Under the pieces are notes generated by a model. It saw nothing but the letters and a program-made list of their open reading frames with translations. It ran no database searches and was not told the DNA's origin. From Thecamonas trahens ATCC 50062 (Eukaryota; Protista; Apusomonadida), in NCBI RefSeq assembly GCF_000142905.1, contig NW_013657624.1, positions 103,782-167,781 of the forward strand: 64,000 nt of DNA, in the 5' to 3' direction. The number at the start of each line of letters is the position of its first letter. Position 1 is the first letter of the stretch. This document shows positions 34,801 through 45,724 of this stretch, one piece after another. Made by a program: the position numbers and the translations under genes.

Positions 34801-35199
34801 GTCGATAACGCGGGCGCCAGTTTTCAGGTCTTCGAGGTTGCGATTTTGCTTTGCAAGTTGTCCTGCAAGCCTTCGTGACAGACGAATGGCCGAGAAGTCG
34901 TTCAGGGCGGCAGCCGTCGCCGCGAGCCTCTGCATGGCCAGGGCGTAGGAGTTGCGGGCGGATTCCAGGTGGGCGTTGGCTCTGCGAGCGTTTTCTCTTG
35001 CACGGTGCCTCGCCCGCGCCGCAGCCTGTGAGGACGCGTGTGTACGGCCCTGGGATGGCGTGTTTTCGAGATGCTTCGACTTCTTGTCCGGGGGTGGGGG
35101 TTGTTCGCAGCCGCCGTCGTCATCACGGGGTCGCTTGCGTGAGCTTTGACCTTGTCTTGGACGTGCCGAGGAGCTTGTGGACGACCTGTTCTTGTCCAT
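31828..35199 (-). CDS. Truncated RepHel-like protein (CxxC/DUF6570 region joined to PIF1 helicase C-terminus)
   Basis: CAVC...CRFC...LAIANGLWLGPVPDQLSGLTYSERVLI, then LAIGTPVMFIDNI..ICNGTTG, RQLPIVAAFASTVHKVQGTSL, LYVAMSRARTSSGL. No HUH motif or Walker A visible. Confidence 0.85.
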   Translation of the reverse strand: MDKNRSSTSSSARPRQGQSSRKRPRDDDGGCEQPPPPDKKSKHLENTPSQGRTHASSQAAARARHRARENARRANAHLESARNSYALAMQRLAATAAALNDFSAIRLSRRLAGQLAKQNRNLEDLKTGARVIDDALNSTDPTITVRNARKMKTLASRLAKKAAKALAKAGEWTTSKKAQAAKKAAQRARDKAHTDKAARDKAHTDKAARAAARKRVERERKRSAKGRLFAQLRLKIEFVKEVPLGNSFDDDEYVSRVMAAEPTQDDIPRLTQRGSVPWWPEWHPERPDMDRLRLHLLYPAFREKCLLDGNDYLLSPIEVPRDSSDDYSDDDDDSNRACPSPMTLVPSSQATTNEGLTPMDVAGTAPPDPAADVLPASTGATQLAPPRAAPARTPNPARTAPQPPRDSRTGPASLPAPAAWPTMAATRIRDEVIGRGITKSRRRRDRRGRPRTQPQQGPGLAQQTRAPRPGEIVVAPAPGATRAETTATAASSASAASTAAIECAADASDIEPETTLEAVFAAVIEDIQERVRVRTMMALQRRQEQAGLDLATRRWLDDQEAQLRAEHLSANPAVDTRTLDQVVAVGLHDAWWNDLHGDAVAMLGECFAKLGLDSVHHTRAPCPPNSPASAFPDALSREDEQDLVNSAVQAITDATDSVACAVCSRSVAASDVELISLANPPPAFVERPDRTPCWSRRPPRSVRKGPKCGLVMYQMVRKLTVPTAAQLPASLVNHYSIADVCPYLSKVLLDPAGLRRAQPQREDADSDVFMPHVYRSNGGTPDFVLQCCRFCFTSLLSEPSRASQNTDQPPPPPRLAIANGLWLGPVPDQLSGLTYSERVLIQRTIVFLATTTVYARIAAAAHAAEAPPPIMVEAVISIARSPPRDSTRDLLLRLPGSSATCYYDMRVPLAIGTPVMFIDNIATSAAICNGTTGIVVGVVFPDNVTFVHKILSRSVPNSVVRIPNTLPAVVYVDVPSLRGRTSHLPGVPDTFPTSVVAVVPRAASGCRLTVPSANRTAHAPTKINFSLRQLPIVAAFASTVHKVQGTSLSVAIIPAFAEKTNSPHATLSAQALYVAMSRARTSSGLIFFQSPTFNYLNRLKLPDNLKRELQRTTANDVAPPLTQ

Positions 35200-35506
35200 A
35201 TGTGTGTGTGCTTGTGTGTATGTGTGTGTGCATGTGTGTGGAGATCGGTGAAGGTCCTAACGAACGGCACCTGCGTTTGTTCGCTCGCAGTTGTGGGCGG
35301 GAGTGCTCGCGTGACTGTCGGCGGCTGTTGGGCAGTCCAAAAAAGGTCGTAGTTTGGGGGGGTGAACGTGTGCTGGAGGGAGTGAAACCCATAAATGCTG
35401 GGGCGGCGACGCGAGCATTTAGTCTCCCACGTTTTGTAGCCATTTTGGGCGAAAGTGTGTGACGTCACAAAAGGGACGGCTGGTTAAACTCTAGCTGGCG
35501 CCAGAG

Positions 35507-35875
35507 AATTTATGTCCCGGCGGCACTGGAGACATACACACGCTACGCGTGCCCCAGAGCGGGATCAAGCTTGAAAGCGATGCGATACAAGCGCATGGCC
35601 TCGGCCATGTCGCCTGCATCCTCAGCATTGCCTGCGGCATTGAAAAGATCGAGCGCTCGCCGCTTGTCGGGATCGCGAACAGCGCTTGAGCCAGCGACGC
35701 GGGCGTACATGACATCAGTCCGCAGGATGTACTTGCGGCCGGCTTCCGGTCCGAGCTGCTCACCCTCGTGCATGATGTGGTGGTTAAAGATGATGGCGCA
35801 ACCAGACGTGGGCGAAAGTGTGCAGGTACACAGCCTCATCGGGTGCACGGTAGATGTGGCGCTCCTCGTCGCGGA
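35507..35875 (-). pseudogene. Duplicated 3' fragment of the 2OG-Fe(II) oxygenase gene (segment B')
   Basis: Near-identical to 36030-36397 with a 1-bp insertion (gtgtgcagg vs gtgtgagg); lacks the 5' part of the gene. Confidence 0.92.
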
Positions 35876-36065
35876 TGGAATGGGCCGTGTGCACTAAATA
35901 AATATTGAATATATTCCACATGTGAGTTGTTTTTTTATATTTTTGTATTGCAGTCTCTCGGCCGAACATCGGCTTCGATCTGGCGTTGTCACGGTCATGG
36001 GAAGTTACTCGCATTTAGCTCTGAACGCAAATTTATGTCCCGGCGGCACTGGAGACATACACACG

Positions 36066-37064
36066 CTACGCGTGCCCCAGAGCGGGATCAAGCTTGAAAG
36101 CGATGCGATACAAGCGCATGGCCTCGGCCATGTCGCCTGCATCCTCAGCATTGCCTGCGGCATTGAAAAGATCGAGCGCTCGCCGCTTGTCGGGATCGCG
36201 AACAGCGCTTGAGCCAGCGACGCGGGCGTACATGACATCAGTCCGCAGGATGTACTTGCGGCCGGCTTCCGGTCCGAGCTGCTCACCCTCGTGCATGATG
36301 TGGTGGTTAAAGATGATGGCGCAACCAGACGTGGGCGAAAGTGTGAGGTACACAGCCTCATCGGGTGCACGGTAGATGTGGCGCTCCTCGTCGCGGAAGA
36401 GCGGTAGGCTGTCGTCGAGAAAGTTGGTGGCGCCGCCGTCGGCCACGGCGTTGAGGTACAGCATGCAGGTCTTGAACGAGGCCGTCTCGGCGTCGACCAC
36501 AAACTGGCCGTCGTAGTGCGGCGCAAAGTGGGCGCCGGGTTCGTATCTGCACAGTCGAAACAGTGGATTGAGCCCGGTCGGCCGCCATGTCCCATCCTGA
36601 CCGATGGCGCCGCCTCGCCCGAGCGACGGCCGCGGCGGCTCGCCTGGGCCCGGGACGACGATCTCCGGCTCGAGGTGCGGCGCGAGACGGGCGTACAGCT
36701 CGTCCGCCAGCCGTGGCGAGTAGAATCGCAGCCGCGTGTTCGAGCGGATGTCCTTGCGGCGGGTCGGCTCCTCGGCGATGCCGACGGCCTCGCCCCACGC
36801 CATCAGCGCCTCGGCCTCCTCGGCCGAGATGAGCGGGCTGAGCGTCATGCCGCGGACCAGATCCGCGCCTCCCGCCTCCGCATCCACACCTTCTTCTTCG
36901 TCTCCATCTCCGCCTCCGCGAAGCGCCAGAACAGTGCGGACGCACTCGGCCGGCGGCGGCGCGGCGAGCGACGGCAGAGGCGGCCCGCCCGGTGTCTCGG
37001 GGTCGTATGCTCCAGCGGGCGTCTCGGCCTCCTGCACCAGCGTGCGCTGCAGCTCTGGGTCCAT
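36066..37064 (-). CDS. 2OG-Fe(II) oxygenase, prolyl-4-hydroxylase-like
   Basis: FRLCRYEPGAHFAPHYDG (HxD), MLYLN, GGATNF, HEG, KYILRTDVMY; short TPR-like tail. Confidence 0.9.
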   Translation of the reverse strand: MDPELQRTLVQEAETPAGAYDPETPGGPPLPSLAAPPPAECVRTVLALRGGGDGDEEEGVDAEAGGADLVRGMTLSPLISAEEAEALMAWGEAVGIAEEPTRRKDIRSNTRLRFYSPRLADELYARLAPHLEPEIVVPGPGEPPRPSLGRGGAIGQDGTWRPTGLNPLFRLCRYEPGAHFAPHYDGQFVVDAETASFKTCMLYLNAVADGGATNFLDDSLPLFRDEERHIYRAPDEAVYLTLSPTSGCAIIFNHHIMHEGEQLGPEAGRKYILRTDVMYARVAGSSAVRDPDKRRALDLFNAAGNAEDAGDMAEAMRLYRIAFKLDPALGHA

Positions 37065-37256
37065 AGCACAGTCGCGGACTCGTGGGCGGTTCGGCTCGCA
37101 GTTCTGGCGGTGGAGAGGCTGCGAGGCGTGCGGCGTGTTCCAGCTGGGTTTTCTGCTGGCGGTGCCCTGCCGGCCTTCCATTGTGGTCGAGAAGCACACG
37201 ATGCAGGGCGCGGGGAGTTTATGACGGCAGCGCCAGGCCAGGTCGTGTGCGGCGCA

Positions 37257-38574
37257 CTACTCCGAGTCGTCCATGGCAGTGAGGATCTGCCAGTCATCGG
37301 AGCCCTGGATCTCTTCGGCAAAGTGGTTGGTGTAGAGCTTGGGGTCGTACGTGCCCTCCTCGGGGTGGAACCGCAGTGTCTCGTTGTAGATGAGGGCGCG
37401 GATGACGTCAATGGGGAGGTCGTCGGCGAGCTCAAAGTCAAAGGTGGGGAACTCGGCGTCGGCGACGATTTCTGACGCCGGCTTGCGGATCTTGGCAAAG
37501 AACGGATGGGCAAGGGCGTCAGCGGCAGAGATGCGGACACGCCAGTCGACAGCGAGCATGCGCTCGAGCAGGTCGATGAGCTCGGGCTCGGCCTCGGGAA
37601 AGTGCTCGGCGAGCGGGCGGGGGGCCGGGTACTCGTAGTCGTGGACGTAGGCCTGGGCCTTCGGGTAGCGGTACATGGCGACCAGGTCCTCGGGCGGCGG
37701 GCCAAAGGTGTCGAGGATGAGGTTGAGCTGGTGTGAGTCAGAGATGCCGCGGAGCCACGGCTTGCCGCAGAGAAACTCGGTGAGGATCATGCCGACCGAC
37801 CACATGTCGATCGACTCGTTGTAGTTGAGTGGGTCAAGGAAGAGCTCGGGCGCCCGGTAGTAGCGGGTCACCACGACAGCCGCGTATGAGATGGCCATGT
37901 GCTGCCGCGCGAGGCCAAAGTCACAGACCTTAAGGAAGCACTTGGCGTTTGAGAGGCAGTTGGCCGGCTTGAGATCACGGTGCATGCAGTTGGCCGAGTG
38001 CAGGTACTTGAGTGCCTTGACCAGCTGGTAAATATAGTACCGGTAGTGGTCCTGCGTCAGCGGCTGGCCCGACGAAATGATAAAGTGCAGATCGACCTTC
38101 ATGAGGTCGACCACAAGATAGATCTCGTTGAACGTCGTCTGCTCCGTCTTGTCGACCACCATGATGTCGTGCACCTCCAGAATGTTCGGATGCTTGAGGA
38201 ACGAGTGAATCTTGAGCTCGCGGAGCGACCGCTTGGCCGACAGCGGATGCGCAAACACTGTGCATCCCCACCGTATTCAGTGCCCCCCCCCCCCATCGCA
38301 ACTCGCACAGCGTGAGTCTCACGGCCATGAGCACACCCTTCCTCTTCCTCTCCTCTCCTTCTCACCCTCTCTCCCACGTACGGTCAAGCAGCTTCTTGAT
38401 CGCCACCTTCTTTCCCGTCACCAGATCCAGGCCTTCGGCGACAACGCCGTACGCGCCCTTGCCGAGGATCTTGTCGACCCGATAGCGGGCGTCGACCGTC
38501 ATTTCCACCGTCGTGCGTTTGTACGTCAGATGAAACGTCGTCTTTCCCGACGGGATCGACTGCGAGATGTCCAT
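37257..38574 (-). CDS. MAP kinase-family Ser/Thr kinase, atypical activation loop; intron 38258-38381
   Basis: GKGAYGVV, VAIKK, AKRSLRELK, HRDLKPAN, DFGLAR, TRYYRAPE, IDMWSVG; GTACGT...CAG intron splices in frame. Confidence 0.92.
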
Positions 38575-38782
38575 GTCTGCACCCAATCACCACCGTAAGT
38601 CCGCATTGCCACCACCAGTCGCATCCCTGCCGGCCAGACCAGCCTTTCCTGTCAACATGCCCCGCCTTCGCCCCCCCCCCCCNNNNNNNNNNNNNNNNNN
38701 NNNNNNNNNNNNNNNNNNNNNNNNNNNNNNNNNNNNNNNNNNNNNNNNNNNNNNNNNNNNNNNNNNNNNNNNNNNNNNNNNN

Positions 38783-41700
38783 TCCCCCCCCCCCCCCCCA
38801 CCCTGGCAGACCACTGTGCAGAGGCCGCCCTCGCCATCGCCACAGTCCTCGGCCTTGTCCCCTCGCCACTGACGCCAACCGCAGCCACGCCCGGCCGCGT
38901 CCTCGCCGCCCTTGCTGACGGCACCCTCCTGGTAGACCTCGCCGCCGCCCTCCCCCTCGCCTCGCCGCTGGCCCCGCACGCGGCTCCGGCCCTCGCCGAC
39001 CCGCCACCGCACCTCGCCCTGCTTGCTGCCGCCGCGTCCACCGCCGCTGCCCACCTGCGCCCCTGGCTTCACACCCTCCCGCGCCCGCTCCCGCGCGAGC
39101 TGCCGGACTCCCGCCCCGATCCGGCCGCGTCTGTCGACCTCGCTACCGCCCCGCTTGTCGGCCTTGCCGCTGCCCTCATCGCCGCCGCACACATCGTCCA
39201 CTCGCCGCCCGCCCTCCGCCTCCCGCCGCCCCCCACCTCGCGCTCGCCTACCTCTGCTGTCGTCGACGCCGTCGCCGGCCTCTCGCCGACCGCCCGCGCC
39301 GCGCTCACTTCCGTCTTCACCGCCCACCTCGGGCCGGTCCTTGCTGCTCTCCCGCGCTCGACGCCCGAGCCCAAGCTGCCGCCACCGCCGGGCCCCGGGC
39401 TTGCCCGTGCCGTCGCCATGCGCGCCGCCATCATCGACGTGCACGTCCGCGAGGCCCGCGGCCTGCGCGAGCCGCCGGCATCGGCTGCCTCGGAGCTCCG
39501 CGACGGCGCCGTCCATGCCTCCATCCGCCTCCACCTCGTCCGTTCCACTCGCGCTGGCATGCTCGTTGACACCTTGCTCGAGCCGGGCTCGTCCAACGTC
39601 GTCTCCCACGTCTACGAGACCGCCACTGTCGCCGCCTCGTGGGCGCCGTCGTACGACGAGCGCTTCGAGTTTGCCACCACCCACGTCGACGGCAAGGCCA
39701 TCCTTTTCCACGTCCTCCACCACTCGCACACCGCAGGCAAGATCTTTCCCATTGGCTGGGTCGTCCTCCCGCTCCTTGACGCCTTCCCGCACCCACTGCC
39801 GGGCGTCCGCGGCGAGTGGGACGGCTGGCTCGACATCCTTCCGCTCGCCGCATTTGACCGCGACGATGACCGCGACTTTGAGGCAGACTCCTCGCCAGTT
39901 GCCCCCGTTGGCAAGCTCTCGCTCGTCATCGGCCTCACCCTCGCCGGTGAGCCCGACTGCAGCTCGGCAGCATCGTCATCGTCTGCAGACTCGTCGCGGA
40001 CTGACCTGCCGCACCCGGCCACCCTCGCCTTTCGCGCCGGCCTGCTCAGGGTCACCATCCTCTCTGCTGCAGGCCTCCCCGCCATGGACTACCGCGGCAT
40101 GTCAGACCCGTACTGTGAGATGCACCTTGTCACTCAACTCCCGTCCTCTGTGGACGGCAACGTGGCCCCATCCGCCATCACGCTCACCCACACTACTCGG
40201 ACCATCGCCTCGTCGCTCGAGCCGGTCTGGGACCAGACGTTTGAGCTGGAACTCGACTCGCCGTCATCGTTTCTTGTCTTTCGACTGTGGGACAAGGACC
40301 GCAACACCCGCGACCTCCTCGCCTTTGTCATCGAGCCGGTCGTCACCCTCACCACCGACGTCCTCGGCAACGCCCGTGGCCGGTCCAAGCAAGTCTACCA
40401 GTTGCGCATCCCGCCGTCAGTCCCCAAGGCCGCTGCTGCTGCCGCCGCACCCACCCTCACCGTTCTCTACGACTGGGCGCCCGAGACAGGCATGGTGGCT
40501 TCGGCGTCGGGCACCCTCGTTGGCGCTCCCTCCAATTTGAATCTTGCCTCGCCTACGTCGTCGCCCTCGCCGCAGCCCGGCCGGACCAACGACCTCAAGT
40601 TTGCTCCCGACGAGCCCGCATCTACCAAGTCCCACTTTGTGCCCGGCACGCTCTACGTCACTGTTGTCAACGCCGTTGAGCTCGCCGCCCGAGACTCCAG
40701 CGGAACCTCGGACCCGCTCGCCGTCGTCTTTCTCCTGCATCCCGACTCGCCACCGCTCGACGCCTCGCGTACCGCCGCTGTCTCGCCCGAGATCGCTGCC
40801 GCCACCTCAGGCATTGTCTCGTTTGAGACTGATGTCGTACCGCGGTCGTGCAATCCGGTGTGGAATGCTACCTTCCGCTTTGCCGTCGACGTTCCGGACT
40901 CTACCCTCCTCTTCCGCCTCTTTGACGAGGACACCATGCGTCGCCAGTTCCTCGGCCAGGCCCAGCTCGACCTCGCCGAGCTGACCTCCTCCGCCGCCGC
41001 ACTCGTTGTCCACAGTGACGGCGAGGAGATCAAGCGTTGGCTCCCGCTTGGACCCATGGACGCGCCTGCCTCCGACGCTCCACCCTCTCCCTCGGCCTTC
41101 CTCCCCTCGGGCTCGGTCCTCGTCAAGCTCCGCTACGCACCCGACCCGTCCGCCGTCAAGGCGCTCGCCGCTGCCACACACGCCGGGCCGGGCAAGGTCA
41201 TCGTCCACATCCACGCCGCCAACCACGTTGTGCCGACACAAATCGGTTTCCCCACCACCAAGGTCGAGGCGTGGGTAACTCGGACCGCCGGCGCCGGCGC
41301 CGGCACTGAGCTGCCAAAGCCAACAGACCGTGACGCGGTTGGTACGACTCGGACCGCCATGCCGTCGCATGCCCCACACTTTGGCTCGCACCTCGAGTTC
41401 AGCATGCCGTCGGCCGAGGCTTCAGCCGCCTCGTACCTTCATCTCCAGCTGCTGAACACCTCGGTCTCGCCGCCAGCTGTTCTCGGCGCAACCTCGCTCT
41501 CGCTGCGGCCGCTGATGGCCCGCTTGCGGGTCGCCTCCGAGTGGTATGCTCTTCATCCGCCACCAGCAGCAGCGTCGTCGCCGGCCAAGGTCTCGGCTCG
41601 GTCACCTTCGCGGCTCCGCCCGACGGTGCCATCTCTACAGCTCGGCCTCGAGTGGGCGGCCGCTGCCGCCACCGCGGCTCGCCCGGCTCGGGCCGGCGGC

Positions 41701-43329
41701 CCGCCAGCACGCACGACCGGCGCAGCTCTTCGGCCGACAGCCTTTGCTGGCTCCATTCTCCTCGATGACTCGATGGTATCCGGCCATCTCGTGGTCAGCG
41801 TCGTCTCGTCCAAGTCCCTCGGTGTCTCGCTCGGCTTCCGCGGCAATCGACACGTTGTGCTCGCGGTCGCCGATGGCAACGGTCGCGAGCGCGAGAGCCA
41901 CGCCACGCCGTCTGTGGCCAAGGTCGTCAATCCCTCGTGGGGCTCGACGCACGTGTTTTCGACGCTCCCGCGGTATGGCGCGCTTGTCGGCCGGGTCTAC
42001 GACACCGACTCGCTAGGCGAGTCACTGCTCGGCACCTTCTCTATCGAGCTCATCAAGTTTATCAACGCTGCCGGCACCACCATCGACGACCTCGTTCGCC
42101 TCGTTCTCCCGGCCGAGGCGCAGCAGACCGCCGCGTTGCCGGATATGGCCACCGGCGCGCTACGGCTCAAGGTGGTGTACAAGACCTCGCCGGCGCCGGC
42201 CGCACCGGCCGTGGCCTCCTCGCTTCTGGATGGCACCGGCGAAAGTGGCGAGCTTGTGCCAGGCTCACCGTTCCCGTCGGCCGTCCCAGTCCTGCCCCCG
42301 ATCGGCATCTCGCCCATTTCCGCGCGGTCGACCGAGAGTGGTACGCGTGGGTCGGCGCCGCCACCGACCCTCACACCGCAGCGGTCGTCGTCGCTGCAGC
42401 GCATCACTGCGGCCTCGCGACAGCTGGCGTACCCCGACGCTGGGGCCGGAGCGCTCTCCGCGCTGGGCCATCGCGCACAGCCGTGGCTTGCCGACCTCCG
42501 CAAACGGGTGACCCGGTTCTCCAAGACGGTGTCAGAGCTCTCGGGCGCCGCTCTGCTTGGTGCTATTGGTGTCGAGACGCTCAAGGTGGCAGCAACGCTC
42601 TCGCTCCGTTCGCCGCTTGTCTTTGCGCATGCTTTTGGTCTCGCGCTCGGTCCGCTGCAATCGCTCCTGGATGGGCTTCTCCCCGAGGCGGTGAGCCAGG
42701 TACATGTGGCCGATCTTGTCTCGGCACCCGGCAGCTCACATGTCGTGCTGCGAGCGCGGCTTGACGACGAGTTGGCGATCATTGTCCTTGGGCTCACTCC
42801 GTTTGCAGGCCTCAGTCACGCCCATACCAAGCTGTACGCAGCGCTCGGGGCGCTGGCCTCAGTAGCGGACTCGGACGTGGAGCGGGTGGTGACGGTCTAT
42901 CTCAACCAGCTCTCGCATCCGAGCCTCTTTGGCGCCGCTGACCAGTACGCCGTCACAACCCGACTGACCGAGCTGCCGGAAAACGCGGCGGCGGGTGGGC
43001 CGAGCGACGAGGGCAACAACGGCCCGCTCCCGCTCGTCGATGCCCACTTTGTCTGCCTTGACCGGTACGAGAGAACGCCCGGCGCTTCGCGGGCCATGGG
43101 CAAGGACTTGGCCCGGCTACTTTACTTTATCCTGCACTCTGATGAGCACGGTCGGGTCGAGTCGTGGACCTCGCTCCTCCTCTCGCCGGATGTTCTGGTT
43201 CTAGTCAAGGCGCTGTCACTGCTGGCAATGGAGCCGGCCTTTGTCCACGCAGTGGCCATGGACGAGCTGGTGGTCGTCGGAAGCATCCAGACGGGAGAAC
43301 AGCTCATTGCGCTCATGAGCGAAAGGTAG
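38783..43329 (+). CDS. Multiple (about 5) C2-domain protein; frame open from the gap to 43329
   Basis: VHVREARGL, VTILSAAGLPAMDYRGMSDPYC, VVNAVELAARDSSGTSDP, NPVWNATF, NPSWGSTHVF. The same frame is open upstream of ATG 39418. Confidence 0.85.
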
Positions 43330-43338
43330 AGAAAGACT

Positions 43339-45687
43339 TTACGACGATGACGAGGCCGACGAAGAGGCCGACGACGAAGTCGGCGACGAGGCCGACGACG
43401 AGGCTGACGCCCCCGACGAGGCTGACGCCCCCGACGAGGCTGACGAATCGTCCGAGTCGCGCGACTTGATGTCGATCGAGTCGACGACCGAGTCGTCGCC
43501 GACGTAGTCGTACTCGTAGTGGTAGTTGTCGGTGGCGTTGCGGAGGAGGGCCTCGTGGTCGACCGACGACTTTGCGCGAACAGCAATGGTCTTCTTGCGG
43601 GCCTGGTAGCGCTTGGGTGGTAGAACCACCAGATGTTGCCGCGCGAGTAAAGGCGGTAGAGGACAAAGATCATGAGACAGAAGAGAATGAGCCAGATGCT
43701 GAGGATGACGATGGCCGGGAGGAGGCCGAGGAAGCCAGAGGTCTCGTTGTCCTCAGTGAGGCCGTAGCCGAGGAAGGCGACGACGTTAGCGGCGAGGGCG
43801 GCAAACATCATGAACGTCCGCACAATGTTGAAGAACGGGACGGTAGTCGGCCCGTAGATGCGGTGCAGGTAGAGGAGGCCGAGGTTGGTGATCAGCTGGG
43901 TGGCGAGCGACGCCCACTCAAACGAGGAGAAAAAGGTAGTGACGAGGACGAGGAAGAGCTTGAACTGGAGCGAGAGGAGCTTCATAGCCGGGTAGTACCG
44001 CAGCTTGCCCTCCTCGACCTTGAGCGTCTGGCGCGAGAGGAAAGTGGAGAAGCCGATGTGGAAGAACATGGCGGCGATGAGAGCGGACCAGATGTAGTGC
44101 CGGTGGTCACCGCGGTAGCACGAGATGGAGGTCGAAGGCGAGCCGTCGGCGTTCTCCTCGGCGTCAAAGGTCCAGCGCGCCTGCTCGGTGTTCTGGGTGC
44201 AGTCAAGAGCGGCAAAGAGAATGCCAAAGAGCGGGACGTAGACAAGGCCGATGACGGCATCTGCCAGCTCATCAAGCGCGTTGAACTTATCCCACCGCTC
44301 GAGGAAGAGGCGCACAAAGAAGAGGACGACGCCAAAGCCGATGACGGCGTAAAAGGTGGTGATAAAGTCGAGCGAAAAGTTGTCGGCAAAGTCGGTAAAG
44401 TTGAGCGTGGAGAAGGCCGTGACGTCGCGAGTCGTCTGTGCGCCGGTCGACTGGATGGAGGGAATGATGGCAAGGTTGACAAGCTGCATAAACTCGACAA
44501 TGAGGGCGCCGGTGAAGAGCAGGTTGAGGATGTCAAAGCTAAAGGTGGTCCGGTCGACAAAGCGCTTCTGGAAGAGCGAGGCAAAGAGCGACTTGAACTC
44601 GAGGACCGAGTTGGCGGTGAGGTTGATCCTGCGGGCCCGCCGCGTGTGCTCAAACTGCTCACCGGTCTGGGCCACCACGTTGTTCGACGCCCTCTCGGCC
44701 GTGTTCTCGTTGCGCGTCGACTCGGAGCCGCCGAGAATGTAGACGCAGAGCGAGGAGACAAGGTATATCGAGACGAGAACGAGCGTGGTAAAGGTGGCCA
44801 CCACCAGCCGCGACGGATTGTCCTCCTTGTGGATGGCAATGATGGAGACGACGAGCGTCGGAATCATGAGCAGGAGAAGCTGGACAACGACAACGCCGGT
44901 GATGACCGCAAAGTGCGCCACCGAGGCGTAGATGAACCGAGAAATGGCAAAGACAGCAACGTCAAGCACAAAGAGCGCGCCGAGGAAGACGTACAGGGCG
45001 GTGACCGCCCACTGGTGGTGCGACCACCCGTCCTCGCGCCAGAGGAAGCCGTAGGCGGCAAAAGCAAAGAGCGTGGAGAAGATGACAGCGGTGAGCGGGA
45101 CCGAGCAGAGCATGGCGAGAAGAAGCTTGCCTGAGACGGCCTCGTTCTCGCGGAGCTTGTCGTTGGCGACAACAAGCTGGCCAAACTCGTCGCCTTCGGA
45201 AAACTCGATGATCTCGCCGTCGTCGCCGAGCACGTCGGCTTCGGCGAGGAGCTCACGCGGGCGGAGGATGACGCCCACTAGGTGCATGCGTGGGTGCGAG
45301 TCACCCGCAAAGCCGTTGAGCGCCAGCTCGAGGTTGTGGACGCCGGCAGTGAGCCGGAACGAGGCCACCCGGTAGCGGCGCCGAGTCATTTCGGGCGTTG
45401 TCGCCGCACCCATCCGTTGGCGCTGGGCGAGCGCCTCCACATCCAGGTAGTCGTCGTCGTTGAAGCCTCCGGTGGCAGCATCAAAGATCGCGTCGGTGGT
45501 GTCGACGGTCACGTCCAGTGCAGTCGCACCAAACCGCGAGAAGGCATTGTTGACCGTGGCCGTCATCCCGGTGCCTTCCGCCTGCGAGTGCGGTGTCGCT
45601 TGCGCCTTTGGCGCCGTCTCGTCCTTTGTCTCGGTGACAAACTCCTGCTCTTCGTCGGCAGTGGTGCCTGAGAGGGTAGCGGCGAGG

Positions 45688-45724
<37 letters not shown>

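Larger units (their letters stand above)
31562..35508 (-). mobile_element. Helentron/Helitron2-type rolling-circle transposon, internally deleted
   Basis: Asymmetric subterminal inverted repeats (ctctggcgcc 31588-31597 / ggcgccagag 35497-35506). 3' hairpin ccaccc-gga-gggtgg at 31569-31583. Inserted in aaattt, with the empty site visible at 36029-36034. Encodes a DUF6570 plus Pif1-helicase C-terminal ORF. Confidence 0.85.

Noticed and set aside
31828-35199. Cellular PIF1 helicase gene
   Set aside because: It lacks the ATPase core, carries DUF6570, and is bounded by transposon-type termini with an empty site nearby.
35446-35459. 14-bp match (tgggcgaaagtgtg) between the element's 5' region and the oxygenase gene
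   Set aside because: It is short and not at any junction, so it cannot be distinguished from chance.
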